A DNA stretch of 59,086 nucleotides, the filler included, from Sphacelaria rigidula (Eukaryota): the NCBI GenBank assembly GCA_964200075.2. It is 10 parts of 10 records of this genome, joined end to end, with 100 filler letters (N's around TTAATTAATTAA, not from the genome) between each part and the next. Parts side by side here need not be neighbours in the genome. Positions count along the whole stretch, not along the records: positions 47,353 to 53,169 come from CAXNAA020024226.1; positions 53,270 to 59,086 come from CAXNAA020024227.1; 8 more parts are not named here. One strand, given 5' to 3'. Positions 49,631-59,086 of the stretch are shown piece by piece. Made by a program: the position numbers and the translations under genes. Positions within the stretch are counted from its first letter, which is position 1, and each line of letters starts with the position of its first letter. The notes beneath the pieces were generated by a model, which was given only the letters and a program-made list of their open reading frames with translations, made no database searches and had not been told where the DNA came from.

Positions 49631-51513
49631 GTAATCCCTCGTCGGGTACAGTACAAAGCGGGCCTTTCTCTCGGCGAGTCCATCTTGGACTCCTGGTGAG
49701 CTGTTTCTGCACCTGTGCCTGCATGGGCAGTTCTCCGATTGGCGGCTCTGGACGCAGCAACCTCCCGTTTGTGGTGGCGGTCCGATTCTCGTTTGTCTTG
49801 GCGTCGCTACGTGTCCTCGACTCTCACCTCTTCCGCCCCTTTCTCGCCTGCCATATGTTGAGAAAAAAATCTCGAAATGGTTTCAACTAAACAAAACGCT
49901 CAAGAATCAATCAAAACATTAGAAAAACGAGAGCAAAATCGGACATGGTCGAGGGTCCGTACAAACTTGACCACACCAACTCATGCGACCGACGAAATAT
50001 GTGTCGGATCGTGTTTACATACATGTACCGCCGCATCCGTGTGGCGTCATTTTCCACTCCAAATGCTTCCCCTCCCTCCCCTTTTAATCCTGGTTATTCT
50101 TAAACGCGCCCCCTTCCTCGAGACAAATCCTCAGCGACAGCGACAGAAAATCAACCGGTTTCTCCCCTGGTACATAGATACATACGTGACATTTCGCTTC
50201 CTCGACCCTTGGATCAGCACTCCCCAACAGAGGCTAGTTAATCGGCGTCGGGCTTCAACGTGTTCATGGTTGACACAATTTACAACAATCGCTATCCCTA
50301 ACCCTAACCCTAACCCAACGCATACCGAGAACCCTCGGGTAAGGGCGGTAGATAGATCCCAAATCGGCGTCTGCGGCGCCGATTTAAACGAAAACGCGTT
50401 CTGCGATTGCGAGGAGCACACGGGACTGTCAGCCCTACCAAATATCCGATTCTTGTTGTACACACTCAAATCAAGTAACATCAACCATGAACATGTTGTA
50501 GCCCAACGCTGGTTAACTCCACTGCCCCAACAGGACGTCAACTTTCACCGACGCAGTACCTTGCGTCAGATCCTGTTCAAAAAAGATCCTATCCGTTGGG
50601 ATTCAAACTCGCCGCATCCACCCTACCCAGTCGTTGACCTCCGAGTTTGGGGTTGGTGCCCAAGCCAACGCGAAACCCCAAGCGCTCGCCTTTGGTGAAA
50701 TGACAACATATTATATTTTCATTGGACTAATGCCGTGATAGCCCCCCAACAAAACGTGCACCGGAGACCGTCCGACAAACCGGCTGCGATCCCACGATTG
50801 GGCTCGTTTGCGGCGATTTCGCCCACATGAGAGGCGTGTAGCAGTCCGAAATCAGCTTTAACTAACGCCCGCATGAGTCGCGCCGTGCAGCACGAAACCA
50901 GGTCTAACGGCATGTATGATCATCGCCTCCCTGCACTTTTTGGGCCGGTTCGGGGGGGGGCTATCTCGCCAGCAGGCATTGTCAAGAAGTGTACTGCGTA
51001 CAGTGTGAACTGTATTGTTGCAGTAGACGCAATAGTCGATACTGTACGCTGTCCGATTTTTGGACGATGTAATGTAGTTTCCAGGCCGTGGATTCGTACG
51101 CAAGTGCGGCGGCGCTGACCGGAGGCTCCGGCAACTGATATCCCGCCGCATAATCTACTCTTGCTCGCTCTGGTTCGTGTATTGCTCTTGGGGTGAGGTT
51201 TGAACAGATTTTGCGTCGACCACGGAGTGACGGGGAAGAGACGTCCTTGGCTCGCCATCTCCACAAGACGGCGCTGGAGCTTGAGTCGCGAGAGCTTGGG
51301 CGCCTTGACACGGTATGCTCGGGTAGTGTCGAATCAGAAGTGGGAGCTGGTTCACGCTTGTCACCCAAACTTCATTCATCCGCGAATGCTCACGCCGATT
51401 CTTTCAGTTGAACTGTGAAAAAATTTCACACACGTATGCCATGCAACATTACGGAACTTTTCATGGATGGAGTCTTTCGACTTCCTTTTTTTTCGCCACT
51501 TATGGGGGGAACG

Positions 51514-51586
51514 GTGCTCCGTCTCCAAAGGGATGCGTGGTCAATGGTCAAATGACTAAGGCAAGCAACAAATGAGTACGCCCCCC
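51514..51586 (+). mobile_element. C-tailed mini element (form B)
   Basis: Perfect 14-bp TSD CCACTTATGGGGGG at 51496-51509 and 51587-51600, with extra Cs before the 3' copy. Confidence 0.88.
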
Positions 51587-53099
51587 CCACTTATGGGGGG
51601 TCGCAGGGTTGTGAGGTGTTGGAGGGATCACATGTCCTTCTGGGACGCGCAGTGATTGACGAACAGGGAACAAATCGAAAGACCTCGTTCTAAAAGGTTT
51701 TGTAATGTTCCGTAGCATATATCTTACTCCAAGAATTGGCGTGAACATTTACGCTCTTGTGCGGTGAAGTGAGCTTGAAAGTTACAAACTCCAAACTACT
51801 TGATATTTTTAGTACAAAAACGCGTTTTGCATATTGACGCCAGAACGAGACCAGCGCATCAACTTTGGGAGTTGGATGCGTACATTTTTTTGTTTTTTTC
51901 AACTTCGAGACATTCTGAACCTGCCTCTGGGGGTCTTCACACCAGGACCCCCGGTCGAGAGCGGAGAAAGCTTGAAATGCTTCTCAACAATATATTTTAT
52001 GATGTTCAACAATATATATTTTTCATTTGAAGCGCCAATACCTATCGAATTACCAAGTCTGAGGGCAATCTGAGCTTTTCCATGACAGATGTAAGGGAAA
52101 CCGCCAAAGGCTAGATGTGTCTTGGTGCATGTCATCAGTGGAAATGCGACGACGCCGAAACCCCACGCCCCCGAAATAGCACGGTTTTGGATATAATTCG
52201 ATCCAATTGTAACCGTTGTCCAACCTGTTTTTCCCCGTGGATTCCCGAGCTGATGGCGACTACTACAAGTTGAAGCACGTGGATATTGAGTAGAAAATGT
52301 GTTCAGAGTTTTCCATTTTTAATTTCAGAACAATTTAAAGGCCGTTGATTGGGTCGAAGTACCTTCCCGCCCCTTAGCGCCACCGCTATGGCCTTGAGCA
52401 AAAATCCAGCTATGTCACCCTCACCAGTTGTCCATGGCGGTCAGTATGATACCACGTATGCGATTATTGGGTAGGTGATGCGGGAGGCATTTGCTGATGA
52501 CACAATTTGGGCGACAAGCATGACACCAGCTCGCATTTAGACAAGCACGTGTACGTCTCCATGAATATGTGGGTGATTTTCTTGAGTGTCTCTCTGACCG
52601 GCGGTGCCATTACTGCTTCTGTTCCCCCCCCCCCTGATGTGGCATATTTCCGATGATTTCTGACCCGGTGCGCGTAGGTAGGCTGTGCGTTTCTTCTTCT
52701 GCGGTACCATTCGAAGCCATTTTTATTCCGGTCATTTCAACATACAGTACATTCGGACATGTTTGTTCTGGCCGCGGCGCGATACTGTGGAAAATGACGC
52801 ATAATGACGCAGTTGTTTTGCTTGCGCTCGTTCCTGTGGCACAACACCCAACGACTGCAAGCAGACGGGACGTGGTACTACGTGCATACCCCGGAGTTTA
52901 TATACATACTGTATTCCTATACTGAGGGTCGGCTCTGTGGTACTTGTACTTACTTTTTTATACCGTCAAGGCGCGCTGTTCGTTTTGTGAGCTGTGTGCT
53001 TCGTTTGGTTGTTGTTGACGTCGTTGATAGCGCGGGAGTCTTGGGGTTATTGATAACCCCCCCCCCCACACACACACTCACACAGACACGCACCACCTC

Positions 53100-53169
53100 A
53101 GCAATAGAGAGCAGAAGTCATATAGTGGCAGAATGTGAACTGTACAAGGAGGAACGGTACGTGCTAAAG
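53100..53169 (+). mobile_element. Fragment of a LINE C-terminal zinc-knuckle region
   Basis: Translates as AIESRSHIVAECELYKEERYVL, the E..H...EC half of a LINE ORF2 CCHC motif; cut by the contig end. Confidence 0.55.
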
Positions 53170-54786
53170 NNNNNNNNNNNNNNNNNNNNNNNNNNNNNNN
53201 NNNNNNNNNNNNNTTAATTAATTAANNNNNNNNNNNNNNNNNNNNNNNNNNNNNNNNNNNNNNNNNNNNTTAAACTCTATTCTCGTCATGTCGCTACGTA
53301 CTCCGAATACCAGCATTACAAGTACCTGACCCGACCACTCTTTACTCCTCCATCCTCCCTCCCTTACCGTCTCTCTCTCGATCTTCTTTTTCGAGAGAAA
53401 AAGTGGGGGGGGGGGGGGCTATCGTTGAAAGTGTCCTTCGTGCTGCCTCTAGTGTCGTTGTGGGACACTAAGCAGAGACATCAGCAGCATACAGCAGATT
53501 GCGCCTAGTGGAGAGCGTTCGCACGCTCACTGTTTCTTGCCGCCGTATCCAGCAAAGACATAGAGCACACATACTAACTCTGCATGCGATTGAAATTAAG
53601 GTCAAAACCGGTCTCGTTTTTATGCAAATGCCCAACATCCACATGTTGATGAAGAATCGCTTCTTGGTTGGCGAGAAAAGAGCTTTACGGATCCTCGACT
53701 GTGGCATAGTCCGTCTGATTCCATCTGAGAGGGGTTTGCTGTCTAAGGGCTAACGCACACGATTTCTCCATTCCAATGATACCGGGGGAGAGATGGGTTG
53801 ATGCCTTGAGACCACGGACTTATCCCGAGGAAGGGGAGGGGTTCAAAGTGTGAGGAAAAAAAAAAGGATGTAGTCTGAAATCAAGTGTATCCAAGGAAAC
53901 GAAGAAAAGCGGTCGATGATTGGTAAATTGTCGTCCAACAGCTCGGACATTTTTCGACGGCGAACACCCCCCTCGTTACCACCCCCACCGGCCAGGCTTA
54001 TTTTATTATTTCGTAGTGGTGAGGGTTAGCCGTGGGGTTGGAAGTCCTTTCTGCTTATACTAAGAAATAATGTTTCACGTCAGGGTCATTTTCTGTTTGT
54101 CGCCATTTTGTCAACCTTCACGCATGCGAGATCCGTGGCATTGATATCTGCGGCCCTCCTGCCAGCCGTGGCTCACCACTGATCATCACCATCATCATGG
54201 TTATATTTTTGTTATCTAATGTGACGGGTATAATAATAATAATTATAAATATTATTATTACTGTTATATACATAAATAAGCCTGATCTCTCGAACCCGTG
54301 GTCACAGACGTACGCTCGCCTTTCCACTGCCGTCACCGCTATTCCTTACAAGGCACACAATTCTCATCCTTTCTCCTGGGACTCTGGACGAAATACAAAA
54401 ATAAAACACGCAGAAAAACACCAAGCAAAAATGATAAGAGAGACGCGAAACATTGGTATCGTGCGTGCAGCTCTCAAACGTACTTTGCTGGACGCGGCGG
54501 GCTCACAGAGCTGGCGAAAGCCGCTGGAGAAGTAGGCACGCAGTCGAGAGGCATTGGGCAGAAAAAAAAAAGTGATCCATTAAATAGTAGTTTCGGATTG
54601 AGGAAAGCGTCCTTCCGGGGTTGATCTCTTACTTATTTTCGTGAACTCATGAAAACTCTCCGACAGGTTAATGAACGAGACCTCCCGCTGATCGATTAGT
54701 GCATTGACCAAGTAAAGTTTCCGGGTAAGACGTACAATCTCAAGGCAATACCATCTCATCCTGCGGAACGACTCGTGCGGCTCAAG

Positions 54787-55005
54787 GCAAACTCGTCCCC
54801 ACTTCACCAAATGAAAAGTATGACCCAAGCCATTATGAGAAATGGCTCGTTGGATACGCGGGATACCGTTCTCCGTATGTTGCTGTTGCTCGCCCACCTG
54901 GATGCCTCGTCCCCCAAGTGCGTGAGCGATATGACAAAGGCCACCACCTTCGGGTTATCGCTGGTCTCAGCCTCGGAACCCACTACGCTCTCCCCGAGAC
55001 TGTCG
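54787..55005 (+). CDS. Possible internal exon of a helical-repeat protein
   Basis: Open frame ...QAIMRNGSLDTRDTVLRMLLLLAHL...SPRLS ending at a strong donor G|GTAAGC; no family recognised. Confidence 0.3.
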
Positions 55006-57364
55006 GTAAGCTGTTGGTTCTCCCTGGGTGAACAGTACAGGAAAAAACGAGCACGGGTGTGAATGATATGACGTAATACCTTGGTCCACAATATAGCTAC
55101 AGGGAGACATCGACTTGTATCAAATGGCCATCTACAGCTCGAGCAGGATGTGTTTTTTGTTTGCCGGCGCAATGACTACTTCCTCAGGCTCATACCCGGT
55201 TGTGCCCCTGTCAACGTTACATTTATGTCCTTTCTTTGAGCTGAAAATGTTTAGACGAAGCGACCAGTCACATTGCGTGATGATGAAAAAGAAAAAAAAT
55301 GAGGAAAACGGTCAACCTACGTGCACCGGTACACGTGAAGTGCCGACATCATCCAGGATAGTACACCCAATTCCGGCTCATTGAAACCCACGGGTTCGAG
55401 AGATCGAGCTAATGTGACGGATATAAGAAGAAGAAGAAGAAGAAGAAGAAATAAGAGCCCACCTGCACCCCTCCCTTCGGCGCAAACCGTCGCGGAAGGG
55501 TCACAAGGTATGTCGGCGAGAGGGGGAATTGATTTTCAAACTCTGAGCATTAACATTTTCAAAAAAACACCGCGTACAGTGTGGACTCTTTTGTCTATTC
55601 CATTTTAACGCAATAGTCGATACTGCACGCAGTACACTTTTTCACACCCTGGACAAAAGGTTCTATGGTAAGAAAATGTTTTGCGTACACTCTTTTTGAC
55701 TGTGTATTCTTTTGTTCAGGGTATGCACTTTCTGATGAATATGTGATCTACTGTCATCATCCAGGGTGTGATTTTTTGGAACCCTGAGAAGCGGTTTGAG
55801 CTCACAAGAACCGTGAGACGCCGAGAAAATTCGACAAAGAAGGGGCGTGCACGTCAACTGAGCGAGTACGATACTCTCTTCTTTGACGGAGAAAGTCTGA
55901 TCGTGAGCGCTAAAACGCCAAGAATCATTGATGTTGCTGCGGCATAGGTTGTTGGGGCAGCCAAGCACTCGGGGGATCGTGAAAAATAGCACAGAGGAAT
56001 GAAAACCACGCGTGGCTCGAGGGAGGGTATCACATTTTCAGGTTGAGTCTCACAGAGGCCAAAACATAAGCCGGACAAGGAACAAGCGTCCAGAAGCAGC
56101 GTGTTGATTGGCCGCCGCAACCATAGACTCGCCCGGCGATCAATCAATGCGTTGCTTTTGAACGCTTGTTCCGTTGCCCGCTTATTTTTTCAAGTCCCCA
56201 TAAGACGCGACCTTAACTCATGACATTGCGACAGTCACAACCACTCAAACTCAACCACTGCCGACACGCTGTAAAATTTCTGCCGAATGCCCGAGCCTGA
56301 CAGTACTTGGAGAGAAAGAAAAACAAACAGGAAACGAATATTGAGTCCAAAAGGCTTTTGAAGTTGCACACACTTTCACACATTCGTGATTCGAGATCGA
56401 TTGGGGACATTCATGCACAGCCGGTCGCCCCGGTGGCGAAGTTGGTAACCTCGGAAGCTTCTTAAGGTTGCGACGTGAGTCCGAATCTCGGCGAAGACAG
56501 ATGATCTGGGAGTTTTTCTCAGATCATGCCCAGCAGTGGAGAGCTACCGTGTCTTGAGTACCCAAAGGTCGACTCAACGGTCGACGAGGGAAAGGGACTG
56601 CTGAACTCTTCTCGCTTTAAAACGTAGGGCAAGCACTGCAGAAGGAAGGTGGAGTACGAAGAAAAGAACAGAAGAGAATTGTGCTGGCCTTCCTCTCGTG
56701 TGACCCCGGCCGATGCGTCCATGTATGCAGAAAGATATACACTTGCGTCCAGAACAGACAGGGTGGCCGGGATGGCAACACACAACACAACACGCACGCG
56801 AACAACCGTCGATGGCGATCGAATCAGACAGAAGGTCTATTCTACGGAGTAACAAGTCTGTACTGCTTTGAGAGAGGCAGGTTTGTCCGGCGTGGTCAAA
56901 CTGATGCGCGCGCGTGTGTGAATTTTCGTCCTCTTTTCTCTCTCATGTGCGGAAATAATAATGATAATAATTCCCCCAGGAATACAACAACGTGTCATTG
57001 CCCAGCTAGTGTTCTCAAGTGCGCGGAGTGAGTACGGTATTCTTCTTCGGGCTGCACACCAAACTATGTTACAAACACAGGGCGATGTCATCACAGTTAA
57101 CAGTCGCGCGTCCGGGTTTTCAATGTAGAAGGCTATAATACTGTATACTCTCTCCGACTTGCCACCGAAATAACTCGTCCGATGACAGGCGAGCAACATG
57201 TGTACTTATATGATCGATTCGCCACGAAATGTCTGACCAGCGAACCTCAGCAGCAAGGCCCGTTGCGAACGGTCGAATAGGGTACTCATGGAAACCTTCC
57301 TTCGAACAAGGAATTCTACAAATTGAGGATGGATTTTGTTTGGAGGATGAACCTTGGCAACCTT

Positions 57365-57665
57365 CATGAACCATCAAAATGTTTTCGAGATGAAAATGGA
57401 AATGCACCCTCCGGCCATGATGTGTGGCCTCGCTCATCCTCAAAAACAGATCATCCGGAATTCGTAAAATCCCGAACCTGTGTTGAACAGTTTCGACCTC
57501 CAATCATTCCCGTACAAAACAACTATTCTTGTTCGTCAGAATCCCCCACTGACACGATATTTTTGAAATTGAGTATGGATCTATTTTTTTGGATGAGCGA
57601 GGACACACATCACGGCCGGATGGTGCACTTGCATTTTGCGTTCAAGATTTTTTTTATGCTCATCA
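57365..57665. repeat. ~90-bp imperfect inverted repeat
   Basis: tgcaccctccggccatgatgtgtggcctcgctcatcc (~57402-57439) and ggatgagcgaggacacacatcacggccggatggtgca (~57591-57627). Confidence 0.8.
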
Positions 57666-58917
57666 TATGACCACGGCTGCGGGATCCCTAGGGGGGGGGG
57701 GGTGAGAGTGAAAAGGCAAGGGTCNNNNNNNNNNCCAACAACACAGGCCCCGGGGGGGGGCCGGCGGGGGGGGGGGGGGGGGTCAGTCAAAATGCAAGAG
57801 TCAATGAATTATCCATGCATTATCAACGTTTCTAAGGTTCATCCTCAATGTGTAAAATCCAGTGTTTTTGGCTGCTCTCATTTTTTCCGACCGGAAAAAA
57901 AGCAGAGTAAAACGGCTCCATGATGAACGTTTCGGGACATCCCACACCCCGTCTCAACTTCTCACAGTGACGCTGCAGCCCTTACACCACCGTAACCATC
58001 CCGGAGAACAGTGAGATTACATATACAGTACGGTGTAGTCATGGTGTGTGCAGTGCGGGGCTGGGTGGCGCTAAACAAGCAGAAGGAGTGCTAATATTGG
58101 GAGGGGGGCACTTTTCGATCGAAAATAGAAATGGGAGTACACATGGCGATGGAGATTAACGCATGCAATTTTCCCATTATCTTGAACGCTTTTCGGGAAA
58201 ACGGTCACGGAAAGTTGTCGGAACCGGAAAATTACTGATGATTTAAGTCGTCGTCTTCGATAGCAGTAGTGCTCGGTGTTCAAAAAGGATATTTTCTACT
58301 GATCACTAGGCTTTCGCTTTTGATGCGCGCACAAAAACTTCGTATAATACGGGGTTTTACGGATAACACCTTACGCGTTTTTCAGTATAACAAAGGCATG
58401 AAGCTAAGTTCTACGCATGGCTTGGCGCATATAGTGCTCCAGCGGGATTATGCACCTCATGCACAGCAGCTAGTAGCTACTCACGGGCGCTCCATGTGGC
58501 GTGGCTCGTCGAGTTGTGGCGTTTGTGTTGGGTAGCTTATTTTTTTGAGCTTTGTTCCGGGTCCGATATCGGTTCTTGTGCTGTATGTAAACAACTTGAT
58601 ATTTATATGACATTGACGGGAAAAACAAATGTGTCGTATTTCACATCAGACGTGGGCTCCGACTTTTTGTGCGCTTTTTTTCTTCTTCATGCTGGAAGGT
58701 ACGTTCCATGAGGAGTGCCGCCAGGAACCGCCTCAGGAAGGACGCGAAAAAGGCACGTGAGTCGCGCATATTTCACCAAAAAACGCATAAATCGGCGCGT
58801 AATTTTCACCTTCGAGCGAGAATGCCCAAAAACACCAGGGAGAGATACATGACACGTGACACAGCGTGACACGTGACGTGAGCGTTACGTTAAAATACCC
58901 GAATGTTCAAATCACGT

Positions 58918-58986
58918 AATATGTAACGTTTCATGTCACGTGTCACGTATAATATACGTGACACGTGACATGAAACGTTACATATT
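58918..58986. repeat. Perfect 34-bp-arm palindrome (1-nt spacer) in a CACGTG-rich block
   Basis: AATATGTAACGTTTCATGTCACGTGTCACGTATA-A-TATACGTGACACGTGACATGAAACGTTACATATT. Confidence 0.92.
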
Positions 58987-59086
58987 GCTTTACACGTTAC
59001 ACAATACGTCATAAACACGTTACATGAAGCGGTGAACACTTCAACTCTGGAATGAATTTTGAAATCCTAGAATATTGAAGGTTGTG

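Noticed and set aside
49877..50698. 273-aa ORF, the longest in the track
   Set aside because: Runs through a telomere-like dispersed repeat and has no recognisable domain or splice logic.

Overview
Eukaryotic, repeat-rich DNA, most likely from a brown alga (Phaeophyceae; inferred from the intron-rich genes, a flagellar gene, an EsV-1-163-like domain and the repeat content). The window is not a contiguous locus. It is ten unrelated contigs (eight of 5819 bp, two of 5817 bp) joined by an artificial 100-nt linker (N44-TTAATTAATTAA-N44). Supportable genes: six 3' exons of an LrgB/PLGG1-type plastid transporter (32037-35186, -), the last two exons of CFAP44 (42307-44652, -), and the 3' exons of an EsV-1-163-like Ig-fold protein (26371-28531, +). 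Mobile DNA includes a decayed RTE-clade LINE, two tRNA-derived SINE families and several MITE families with 8-bp, 9-10-bp and TTAA target duplications. The most unusual signal is an abundant non-coding dispersed family (about 16 copies or fragments). Its copies end in ...ATGAGTACR followed by an oligo(C) tail rather than poly(A), are flanked by roughly 7-20-bp target duplications, and can fold into covarying cloverleaf-like domains. This suggests a C-tailed retroposon of unknown type. All family assignments come from reading by eye; no searches were run.
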